A DNA stretch of 32,000 bases from assembly GCA_963624325.1 (NCBI GenBank), contig CAVFPH010000002.1, positions 28,401-60,400 on the forward strand. The letters run 5' to 3'. This document shows positions 1-7,422 of the stretch, in pieces. The DNA is from a bacterium (GTDB taxonomy: Bacteria > Bacillota > Clostridia > Christensenellales > Aristaeellaceae). Numbering within the stretch: the first letter of the stretch is position 1; the number at the start of each line of letters is the position of its first letter. The notes beneath the pieces are model-generated. The model worked only from the letters and a program-made list of their open reading frames with translations, was not told the DNA's origin and did no database searches. The position numbers were made by a program, and so were the translations under genes.

Positions 1-263
1 CCCCACCAATAGTCATGATTTCCGCGCAGCAGAATTTTTCTGCCGGGCAGTGCCGCTATGGCATGCAAATCTTCAATGGCGTGATCCAGCTGCATCGCCC
101 AGCTGATGTCGCCCGGAATCAGAACCACATCGTCGGCGGCCACGCGTTCACGCCAGTCATCTGCTATTTTCTGCCAATGGCCATCCCAGTGCTCGCCAAA
201 AACAGCCATCGGCTTATCATCGCCGCCTGGCAGATGCAAATCACCGATGGCATAAACAATCAT
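1..263 (-). CDS. metallophosphoesterase (calcineurin-like phosphoesterase), N-terminal part; the gene runs off the left edge
   Basis: Minus-strand translation from ATG 263-261 gives MIVYAIGDLHLPGGDDKPMAVFGEHWDGHWQKIADDWRERVAADDVVLIPGDISWAMQLDHAIEDLHAIAALPGRKILLRGNHDYWW. It carries the GDxH, GD and GNHD metallophosphatase motifs. It is absent from the ORF track because there is no stop inside the window. Its start overlaps the stop of the upstream ORF (ATGA). Confidence 0.8.
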   Translation of the reverse strand, partial: MIVYAIGDLHLPGGDDKPMAVFGEHWDGHWQKIADDWRERVAADDVVLIPGDISWAMQLDHAIEDLHAIAALPGRKILLRGNHDYWW

Positions 264-679
264 TTCTTGCCCTTTCGAGTCTTGCCGATGTTTTCTTCAT
301 CGTCGAAATCATCGTCATCCTCGTCTTCGTCCTCTTCCTCACCCAGCGCTTCAAGTGACATGGCGCCATCCGGATCTTCTTCCGTATCGGGGATGATTTC
401 ATCCATCGTGCTGATCGGATCAATATCCAGGGCAGCTTCGCCGGAAACGGGGATATCCTCGCTTTCGGTATCGTCATTATTCTCCTCGCCATTCATTTCC
501 TTGTAGCAGAAAAGGCAAACATCCTTGCCCGGCATCGCGGGATGCTCGCCGCAGACGGTGCACATTTCGATCTCGTCATGAAGGCTTTCTCCCTTCATTT
601 CCATGCGGCAGATTTTGCAGTACTGCTCTCCGTCCATAATGTAGTTCAGCTCGCAGCGAGGGCATTTGGTCAGCGTCAT
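260..679 (-). CDS. small double zinc-ribbon protein with a polyacidic C-terminal tail (function unknown)
   Basis: This is ORF 260..721, trimmed to the ATG at 679, which is preceded by AAAGGAG. The product MTLTKCPRCELNY... has two CxxC-x11-CxxC units (CPRC..CKIC and CTVC..CLFC). It ends in a tail with 34 Asp/Glu in the last 79 residues (my count) followed by KTRKGKK. Confidence 0.7.
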   Translation of the reverse strand: MTLTKCPRCELNYIMDGEQYCKICRMEMKGESLHDEIEMCTVCGEHPAMPGKDVCLFCYKEMNGEENNDDTESEDIPVSGEAALDIDPISTMDEIIPDTEEDPDGAMSLEALGEEEDEDEDDDDFDDEENIGKTRKGKK

Positions 680-829
680 CGTAAAAGCTCCTTTATGATA
701 TGCCGAACGGATTCGGCACAATTTCCTTTCATTGGAGTATTTGCCTGCATCTGAACACAGGCCGCATTCTCCGTTTGTCCAAGCGGTAATTGGGGCGCAA
801 AAACGTCACCAGTCACTTTGGCAGTGGGG

Positions 830-858
830 ATTATACTACTGTTTCAATGAGTATGCAA
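830..858 (-). promoter_or_regulatory. candidate sigma-A promoter for the zinc-ribbon/phosphoesterase pair
   Basis: On the minus strand, TTGCAT (858-853), a 17-nt spacer, then TATAAT (835-830). This lies about 145 nt upstream of the ORF start. A GCCGAA/TTCGGC hairpin (about 700-717) sits just before the SD. Confidence 0.4.
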
Positions 859-904
859 TAGCATCATGCGCAGTTTTTCTTTTTATTTACATGCTGCTTC
901 GGTT

Positions 905-1561
905 TTACGCAATCGTTACGCCCAGTCTGCGTACGATATCCAGAGCTTGCGTCTCGCTGATGGTCGCACCGCGCAGCTCCGGCGAACCGTCCGAAAGCAG
1001 AATTCCACCGATATCGCAGCTTGAAAGATCCATGCCTTTCAGCTTGGTTTTGAACAAATCCGCCCTGCTCAGCGTCACACGCTTCCATGTTGTGCGGCGC
1101 AGCTGCATCTCCGCCATGCCGGCATCGGAGCAATCACATCCCGTCAGTACCGTATCTTCCATCAAGGACTTGGAAAAGTTCGCATAGCGCATCGGTGTAT
1201 CGGATGCCGTGAGCTTTTTCAGCGAGGCATGATCAAAATTAGCTCCATTGAAACGGCAGTCAATCCACCGGCAGCGCTGCCAATAGCTGTCCGAAAAAAT
1301 ACAGTTGGAAAAATCGCAGTTTCTGAACTGCGTATCGTAAAAGGCGGCTTTTGTAAAATCACACGATTCAAATTTGCACTGCTCCAGAAGCGAATAAGCC
1401 ATATCCAGTTTTTCAAAGGAAAGATTTTCAATTGCAAACCCGCGGCACAGGATTGTGTCCAGTGGCTCATCGTCTGACATGGCGCATTCGGCAATGTTTT
1501 GAAAGCATTCTCCGGTTTCAATGGTCTGTTTATAAGCATCGGGTGAATTTGTCAGCGTCAA
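905..1561 (-). CDS. pentapeptide-repeat protein, Qnr/MfpA-sized (218 aa)
   Basis: This is ORF 905..1570. The GTG at 1570 overlaps the GGAGG itself, so the TTG at 1561 (GGAGG plus 8 nt) is the more likely start. The sequence is dominated by A(D/N)LxX-type pentapeptides (CDFSNCIFSD..., ANFDHASLKK, ADLFKTKLKGMDLSSCDIGG). Confidence 0.8.
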   Translation of the reverse strand: MTLTNSPDAYKQTIETGECFQNIAECAMSDDEPLDTILCRGFAIENLSFEKLDMAYSLLEQCKFESCDFTKAAFYDTQFRNCDFSNCIFSDSYWQRCRWIDCRFNGANFDHASLKKLTASDTPMRYANFSKSLMEDTVLTGCDCSDAGMAEMQLRRTTWKRVTLSRADLFKTKLKGMDLSSCDIGGILLSDGSPELRGATISETQALDIVRRLGVTIA

Positions 1562-1600
1562 TTTGAGCACCTCCGATGGCAGCCTGAAGTTTACAAGCCG

Positions 1601-1641
1601 AAAATAAGTAAAAGAAAGGCCTTGCCGAAATCAGCAAGGTC
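1601..1641 (-). terminator. intrinsic terminator after the tRNA pair
   Basis: Minus strand reads GACCTTGC-TGATTTCG-GCAAGGCC followed by TTTCTTTTACTTATTTT. Confidence 0.65.
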
Positions 1642-1646
1642 TTATC

Positions 1647-1723
1647 TGGTGGCTCCGATTGGATTCGAACCAATGACACTCCGGGTATGAACCGAATGCT
1701 CTAGCCAACTGAGCTACGGAGCC
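1647..1723 (-). tRNA. tRNA-Met (CAT), elongator type
   Basis: The reverse complement GGCTCCGTAGCTCAGTTGGCTAGAGCATTCGGTTCATACCCGGAGTGTCATTGGTTCGAATCCAATCGGAGCCACCA folds as a cloverleaf. It has anticodon loop TTCATAC, a GTTCGAATC T-loop and an encoded CCA. Confidence 0.9.
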
Positions 1724-1726
1724 AAA

Positions 1727-1803
<77 letters not shown>

Positions 1804-1829
1804 ATGCCGCGTCCTGCAACGCGAGATAT

Positions 1830-1858
1830 ATATTACCTCATTTTTGATCGCTTGTCAA
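1830..1858 (-). promoter_or_regulatory. sigma-A promoter of the tRNA-fMet/tRNA-Met operon
   Basis: On the minus strand, TTGACA (1858-1853), a 17-nt spacer, then TAATAT (1835-1830). This is about 25 nt upstream of the tRNA-fMet 5' end. Confidence 0.55.
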
Positions 1859-2050
1859 CTGTTTTTTTCAACATTTTTGCATTCTCGCTTCATTTCCGTC
1901 AGTTGAATCTCCTCCGTCATTTTCTTTTGAAAGATTTCGTAAGCAATCAGAGCAGGCTGGATCGTAAATTTTCAACATCTCCGAAGCAGAATTTGTAACT
2001 TTATGTTATTGCCGCCGCTATCTGATTTTTGCAAATGGCCTTGCAGCGGA

Positions 2051-2794
2051 TCAGCACCCGAAGGCACAGTCGCTGAGACCGCCGATGATCAGAATAGCCA
2101 CAATTGCCGGCAGCACAACCGTCCAGATTGTCACATCGGCCTGCAGAAGCATCAGCAGCGCCACGATCAAGGCAAACAGAAAGGTTCTTACCAGTGTGCC
2201 GATCAGGGGCAGGATCACCTTGCTCATCACCAGCTTGGCGGCGACGATCGCAAGTGCCGCTTTAATTGCGATTGTTCCGATGGCAGCAGCAGACAAAAGC
2301 TGCGTCAATGCGCCGACAATATTCTGCGTGGTCTGATCCGCGATATTCTTTTCGATCAGTCCTTGAATTACCGTTGGGAAATACACCTGACGGTAAAGCA
2401 CCCAGGCAATCATAACAGACACAAGGTTGAGGGAGCAGTAGAGTGCGCCGCGCACAAGCGGCCCGGAATACAGCGGCTTGTAGAGCAAAAAGCCCAGAAT
2501 CAGAGATACCGGAATGGTAAGTACCGATACCATCAGAAGAGACAAAATTCCCTGCAGCAGATGATCCTCCAATGATTCCGTCACCACGGCAAGGTTAGGG
2601 GCAATCTGTCCGTGCAGAAGCTGAATCAGCCGCGCTGCCAAGGCAGAGCAGGTTCTAAGCAAGGGAAAATCCTGCAGGCTGACGGCGTCCAGCCATGTCT
2701 GCGGCATCACGCCCGCCAGCAGGGACGGGAACATGATCATGATAACCGCTGCGGCTGTCAAAACCGCAATCAGAATCCATCTTACCGCCTTCAC
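2051..2794 (-). CDS. hypothetical polytopic membrane protein
   Basis: A 247-aa ORF with a GTG start after GGGAGA. It has several long hydrophobic segments (ILIAVLTAAAVIMIMF, LLMVSVLTIPVSLILGFLL, LFALIVALLMLL, VVLPAIVAILIIGG). I do not recognise a family. Confidence 0.55.
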   Translation of the reverse strand: MKAVRWILIAVLTAAAVIMIMFPSLLAGVMPQTWLDAVSLQDFPLLRTCSALAARLIQLLHGQIAPNLAVVTESLEDHLLQGILSLLMVSVLTIPVSLILGFLLYKPLYSGPLVRGALYCSLNLVSVMIAWVLYRQVYFPTVIQGLIEKNIADQTTQNIVGALTQLLSAAAIGTIAIKAALAIVAAKLVMSKVILPLIGTLVRTFLFALIVALLMLLQADVTIWTVVLPAIVAILIIGGLSDCAFGC

Positions 2795-2900
2795 TCGCTC
2801 ACATTCTCCCTTCCGAAAATCATCTTATTATATGGCAGTATGCGCGGCATTGTCAAATGAGATGGTTTTCAGGTGATCAATTTGCGAATTATTCTCGATT

Positions 2901-3221
2901 TTACTCATCTTTTTCGGCAACGGCATGCAAAAAGATGCGCTTTTCAAAAGCACCGCGCCTGCGCGCTTTTTCTTCTTTTACATTTTGCAGTGCATCTGTT
3001 TCAAAGCCGCGTGCCCTGCAAATTGCCTCGATTACCTCCAGCAGATCCGCCATTTCCTCCATGCAGGGTGTTTGGCGATACTCCTGTGCCTCCTCCAGCA
3101 GTTTTTGTTCCAATGCATCCAAATACCGTTCATCGTTCAGCGTTTCGCAGAAGGGAATCTTTCCGCTGTCGCGGATGATCTCCGGAATGCGGTCCCGCAC
3201 CAGCTTGTCGTAAATCTTCAT
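2901..3221 (-). CDS. MazG-like / phosphoribosyl-ATP pyrophosphohydrolase-like all-alpha NTP pyrophosphatase
   Basis: This is ORF 2901..3308, trimmed to the ATG at 3221, which is preceded by GGAGG. MKIYDKLVRDRIPEII...EEAQEY...EEMADLLEVIEAI is typical of the small house-cleaning NTP-PPase family. Confidence 0.7.
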   Translation of the reverse strand: MKIYDKLVRDRIPEIIRDSGKIPFCETLNDERYLDALEQKLLEEAQEYRQTPCMEEMADLLEVIEAICRARGFETDALQNVKEEKARRRGAFEKRIFLHAVAEKDE

Positions 3222-3293
3222 TGTCTGTCGCCTCCCAAAGTTTCTGTAAAAATTGTAGTCTTGCTTACCCTTTCTGTCAAGCATCCCCCGCGG

Positions 3294-3322
3294 TTGAATC
3301 GGCGGCAATATTATGGTATAAT
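3294..3322 (+). promoter_or_regulatory. sigma-A promoter with extended -10 for the HAD/tldD/pmbA/PHP genes
   Basis: TTGAAT (3294-3299), a 17-nt spacer, then TGgTATAAT (-10 at 3317-3322). Confidence 0.55.
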
Positions 3323-3355
3323 ATGGGCATCACAGGGAAAGGACGGGAGACTTCG

Positions 3356-3922
3356 GTGATCAAGGCCGTAATCTTCGATCTGGAAGGGACGCTGCTGTCC
3401 ACGCGCGAGTGCCGCATTCGCGCCTGGACACAAACGGCGCGGGAGCAGGGTATACAATGCGATGAGAAGATGCTGTGCAAAATGGCTCACGCCCGCGCTC
3501 CGCAGGCACTTGAAATCATGCTTACCCGTTCACGCCGCACCTATCAGCCGCCCGAAAAAATGGCATTGCTTGCCCGCCAAAGCGATTTGCTTGAGGCGGA
3601 GCTGACGCAGCATCAAGGCGAGCTTCTGCTGCCCGATGCCGTTTCCGTCGCGGAGGCTTGCCGTGCTTCCGGCCTGATAACCGCGGCCGTCAGCGCGGTA
3701 TCCGATGCGGACTCGCTGCTGCGCAGGCTGCAAATGCGATCCCTGTTTGATACAGCGTCGGGGGAGCTTTCATCTGCCGCTAAGCACCTTCATGTTGCGT
3801 GCGATGAGTGCCTAGCCGTATCCGTCAGCGAAGAAACCCTACGGGAGGCGCAGCGTCTTGGAATGCACTGCACATCCGAGGCGGCGAATATCCCTCAGCA
3901 GGTTTTTACAGCAAAAGATTAA
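3356..3922 (+). CDS. HAD-superfamily hydrolase (beta-phosphoglucomutase-like subfamily), atypical motif I
   Basis: This is ORF 3221..3922. The promoter at 3294-3322 lies inside the long ORF, so the start is most likely the GTG at 3356, after AAAGGACGGGAGA. The N-terminus VIKAVIFDLEGTLL matches HAD motif I, but reads DxE where DxD is expected. Confidence 0.65.
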   Translation: MIKAVIFDLEGTLLSTRECRIRAWTQTAREQGIQCDEKMLCKMAHARAPQALEIMLTRSRRTYQPPEKMALLARQSDLLEAELTQHQGELLLPDAVSVAEACRASGLITAAVSAVSDADSLLRRLQMRSLFDTASGELSSAAKHLHVACDECLAVSVSEETLREAQRLGMHCTSEAANIPQQVFTAKD

Positions 3923-3938
3923 ACAACAGGAGGAGAAC

Positions 3939-5318
3939 ATGCTGGATCAAAGAATTGCGCAGGAAGTGATCGATTGCGCATTGTCCACAGGCGGCGATTT
4001 TGCCGAGATTTTCTACGAGGACAGACTGAACAACAGCGTCATGATGCGCTCCGGCAAGGTGGAGAGCATCAACAGCGGCCGTCTGCACGGTGCGGGTGTC
4101 CGCATCTATCTGGGGCTGCGCGGTGTTTACGTATACACCAATGATACAACACGCGAAGGGCTGCTTGCCTGCGCACGCCGTGCCGCCAGTGCGCTTCATG
4201 CCGACAGCCGTATTACTGCCAACCCGCTGCGCGCAAACGAATATGTCAATTGCCACCCTGTAGCGATCCTGCCTTCTCAGGTTAAGACTGCAAAAAAGAT
4301 AGAAAAAATGCGCGCCGCGCAGAATGTTCTGTCCCAGTATGATGAAATTGTGCAGGGCATGATCCGTTACAACGACAGCGAACAGCGCGTATGGATTGCC
4401 AACAGCGAAGGTCTTTACACCAGCGATACCCGCGTTTATACCCGCATGTACATCTCCGCCATCGCCAGCAACGGCACGGAAAATCAGACCGGCGGCGAAG
4501 GCCCGGGGGCGCTGCAGGGCTTTGAAGCTTTTGACCAACGCATCGATCCCGAGGCTGCCGCTCACAAGGCGGCCAAGCAGGCCATCACCATGCTGCATGC
4601 GCCCGTCTGCCCTGCCGGCATCATGCCGGTTGTAATTGACAACGGGTTTGGCGGCGTCATTTTCCACGAAGCCTGCGGTCACAGTCTGGAAGCCACCAGT
4701 GTTGCCGTCGGTGCCAGTGAGTTTGCGGGCAAGCTTGGGCAGAAGATCGCCGCCGACTGCGTAACCGCCATCGATGACGGCACCATTCCCAATGAATGGG
4801 GCAGCGAGAACATCGATGACGAGGGTACCCCCACCACGCATCTGGTGCTGATTGAGAACGGTATCCTGAAAAACTACATGATTGACCGTCTGAACGGCCG
4901 CCGCATGCAGATGAAGCCCACCGGCAGCGCCCGCCGTCAGGATTACTCCTTTGCCCCCACCTCCCGCATGCGCAATACTTATATTGCCGCGGGCAATGAC
5001 GATAACGATGAAATCATCGCCACCATGGGCGACGGCCTGTATGCCAAGTCCATGGGCGGCGGCTCGGTCAATCCGGCCACGGGCGAATTTAACTTTGCCG
5101 TCAGCGAGGGGTATCTGGTCAAGGGCGGCAAGATCGTCCATCCCGTGCGCGGTGCATCCCTGATCGGCCGCGGCAGCGAAATTCTGACCAAGATCGACCG
5201 TGTCGGCAAGGATATGCAGATGGCGCAAGGCATGTGCGGCTCTCTCAGCGGCAGCGTGCCTACCAATGTGGGACAGCCCATGATCCGCGTCAGCTCCATC
5301 ACCGTGGGCGGCCGCTAA
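3939..5318 (+). CDS. tldD: TldD metalloprotease
   Basis: This is ORF 3858..5318, trimmed to the ATG at 3939, after AGGAGGAGAAC. It has the TldD/PmbA-family fold signature with the HEACGH metal-binding motif (GGVIFHEACGHSLE). Confidence 0.9.
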   Translation: MLDQRIAQEVIDCALSTGGDFAEIFYEDRLNNSVMMRSGKVESINSGRLHGAGVRIYLGLRGVYVYTNDTTREGLLACARRAASALHADSRITANPLRANEYVNCHPVAILPSQVKTAKKIEKMRAAQNVLSQYDEIVQGMIRYNDSEQRVWIANSEGLYTSDTRVYTRMYISAIASNGTENQTGGEGPGALQGFEAFDQRIDPEAAAHKAAKQAITMLHAPVCPAGIMPVVIDNGFGGVIFHEACGHSLEATSVAVGASEFAGKLGQKIAADCVTAIDDGTIPNEWGSENIDDEGTPTTHLVLIENGILKNYMIDRLNGRRMQMKPTGSARRQDYSFAPTSRMRNTYIAAGNDDNDEIIATMGDGLYAKSMGGGSVNPATGEFNFAVSEGYLVKGGKIVHPVRGASLIGRGSEILTKIDRVGKDMQMAQGMCGSLSGSVPTNVGQPMIRVSSITVGGR

Positions 5319-5331
5319 GGAGGATATGCAA

Positions 5332-6678
5332 ATGGAAAAGAAGATTTTCATTGAAAAGCTGCTGAAAGCTGCCCTGGACAGCGGAATTGAAGCGGCCGAA
5401 GTGTATACATCCGATCATGACAGCTTCCGCGCCATGAGCACCATGGGCGAAATCAGCGATTACGCCGTAAGCAGCCGCAGCGGGCTTTCCCTGCGCGGCC
5501 TTTATCACGGCAAAATGGGCTATGCCTCCACCGAAGCCTATGATGACGATGCTGTTTCCATGCTGATCCGCGGTGTAATCGAAAGTGCCGAATTAATTGA
5601 GGATGATGCCGTACAGGAAATCTATCACGGCGACGAAAACTATCCGCAGGTGGATAATTATGAGCCTTCCTTGGATCAGGTAACGGAAGAGCAAAAGCTG
5701 GCTCTTCTGCTTGAAACCGAAAAATGCGCCATGAACTGCGGAGATGACCGCATCAAGCAGGTACAGCGCAATATGGTTTCAACCAGCTCTGCTTCCGTGC
5801 ATATTGTCAACAGCTACGGTTTGGATCTGCAAAGTCACGACAACATGACAGTGGCCTATATTTCCGTGATCGCCCGCGACGGCGAACGCGTATCCACCGG
5901 CCTTGGGCTGGCGTGCGACCGCGATTTCAACAAGATTTCCCCCAAGAAAATGGCCGCCGATGCAGTGGAAGAAGCGCTTTTCAACCTGAATGCTGCCTCT
6001 GTGCCCAGCGGCACATATCATCTGATCATCGACAAGCGCTGCATGCCCGATCTGCTTGCCACCTTCAGCAATATTTTTTCCGCCGATCAGGCACAGCAGG
6101 GGATGTCCCTGCTGGCAGGCCGGGAGGGCGAGATGATCGCTGCCGAGTGCGTCACCCTGATGGACGATCCGCACCTGAAGGGCGGTTTTGCCTCCTCCGC
6201 TTTTGATGCCGAAGGCGTTGCAACGCAGGTAAAGGCCGTCATTGAAAACGGTCGTCTGACCACCCTGCTGCACAATCTCAAAACCGCGCGCAAGGCAGGC
6301 GTACGCAGCACGGGCAATGCCAGCAAGTACGGCTATGCTTCGCCGATTACCGTGGAGCCCAGCAACTTCTACTTTAAGCCCGGCACGCGCACGCCGGAGG
6401 AAATGATGGCCTCTATCGGCAATGGCCTGGTCATCACCGAAATGGACGGCATGCATGCCGGCGCGAACCCGGTCAGCGGTGACTTTTCCCTTTTGTCCAA
6501 GGGCTACACCATTGAGAACGGCCGCAAGGGCCGCGCAGTGGAACAGATTACCGTAGCGGGCAACTTCTATACCATGCTCAAAAACATTCGCGAGGTCGGC
6601 AGCGATCTGGAGTTCTTCGGTTCCAGCTACGGCAGCCCCTCTGTAGATGTGGGCGAAATGACGGTGGCCGGTAAATAA
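5332..6678 (+). CDS. pmbA: PmbA/TldE, partner of TldD
   Basis: This is ORF 5326..6678. The second ATG (5332) has the better spacing, GGAGG plus 8 nt. It is a TldD/PmbA-family sequence without the HExxxH-type motif, sitting directly downstream of tldD. Confidence 0.85.
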   Translation: MEKKIFIEKLLKAALDSGIEAAEVYTSDHDSFRAMSTMGEISDYAVSSRSGLSLRGLYHGKMGYASTEAYDDDAVSMLIRGVIESAELIEDDAVQEIYHGDENYPQVDNYEPSLDQVTEEQKLALLLETEKCAMNCGDDRIKQVQRNMVSTSSASVHIVNSYGLDLQSHDNMTVAYISVIARDGERVSTGLGLACDRDFNKISPKKMAADAVEEALFNLNAASVPSGTYHLIIDKRCMPDLLATFSNIFSADQAQQGMSLLAGREGEMIAAECVTLMDDPHLKGGFASSAFDAEGVATQVKAVIENGRLTTLLHNLKTARKAGVRSTGNASKYGYASPITVEPSNFYFKPGTRTPEEMMASIGNGLVITEMDGMHAGANPVSGDFSLLSKGYTIENGRKGRAVEQITVAGNFYTMLKNIREVGSDLEFFGSSYGSPSVDVGEMTVAGK

Positions 6679-6679
6679 T

Positions 6680-7360
6680 ATGTATTATTATGAACTTCAC
6701 ATGCACACCAGCGATACCAGCCGTTGCGGCAGAAGCCCGGCGGCGGATATGGTGGCAGCCTACAAGCAAAAGGGATTTACGGGCGTGGTGGTAACCGATC
6801 ATCTGATGAACGTGCAATCCCACGCAGAGCCCGAAACCGACTGGAACCGCCGTGTGGAAAAGCAAATGGCAGGATACTATGCCGCGCTTGAGGCCGGTGA
6901 AAAGCTGGGGATAACCGTCTATTGCGGCTGGGAATTGACGTATCAGGACAATGCCGAGGATTACCTGACGCTGGGGCTGAGCCCGCAGTTTCTCTATGAT
7001 CATCCCTGGCTGGAGCGCTATGATATTGAAAAATACCGTGATGCGGTACATGCTGCGGGCGGCATTCTGGTGCGTGCGCACCCCTATCGCCGCGCATGGT
7101 ACATCAAAAAGCCGTATGTCGAGCGCGAAGGCATTGCCGATGCCATTGAGGTATTCAACGGCGGCAATTCCAGTCAGGAGGAAAACGACATGGCGCTTGC
7201 CTATGCGCAAAAGCACCATATGCCAATGACGGGCGGCTCGGATGCCCATCATGTGGACGAAACCGCTCGCGGCTATATCGCCCTGGAAAAGAAAGCCGAA
7301 TCCTACGCGGAGCTGTGCGATGCCATTCGCGGCGGCAAAGCCATTGTCATGCACAAGTAA
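6680..7360 (+). CDS. PHP-domain metal-dependent phosphoesterase
   Basis: MYYYELHMHTSDTSRCG...GVVVTDH...RAHPYR...GGSDAHH matches the PHP (polymerase/histidinol-phosphatase) His/Asp motifs. The gene starts 1 nt after the pmbA stop. Confidence 0.8.
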   Translation: MYYYELHMHTSDTSRCGRSPAADMVAAYKQKGFTGVVVTDHLMNVQSHAEPETDWNRRVEKQMAGYYAALEAGEKLGITVYCGWELTYQDNAEDYLTLGLSPQFLYDHPWLERYDIEKYRDAVHAAGGILVRAHPYRRAWYIKKPYVEREGIADAIEVFNGGNSSQEENDMALAYAQKHHMPMTGGSDAHHVDETARGYIALEKKAESYAELCDAIRGGKAIVMHK

Positions 7361-7371
7361 CATAGTAAATG

Positions 7372-7406
7372 GCCCGCCGTTCACTTTGATCGGCGGGTCG
7401 TTTTTC
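7372..7406 (+). terminator. intrinsic terminator after the PHP gene, in the convergent gap with uvrB
   Basis: CCCGCCG (7373-7379), an 11-nt loop, CGGCGGG (7391-7397), then TCGTTTTTCG. Confidence 0.6.
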
Positions 7407-7422
7407 GTATACTGCTGTTCGA

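Noticed and set aside
15-506. A 163-aa plus-strand ORF with a long poly-Ser run (SSSSKSSSSSSSSSSS).
   Set aside because: It is the antisense reading of the GAA/GAT-rich acidic tail of the minus-strand zinc-ribbon gene and of the phosphoesterase N-terminus. It has no SD and its composition is a low-complexity artefact.
1861-1925. A 21-codon minus-strand sORF (MTEEIQLTEMKRECKNVEKNS) upstream of the tRNA promoter.
   Set aside because: It has no convincing SD. It overlaps the -35 region of the tRNA promoter and has no terminator or regulatory context, so it is probably fortuitous.
3906-5351. A 481-aa minus-strand ORF covering all of tldD.
   Set aside because: It is a shadow ORF typical of GC-rich coding DNA (Ala/Gly/His/Arg-rich, no recognisable motifs). 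The plus-strand product is an unambiguous TldD.
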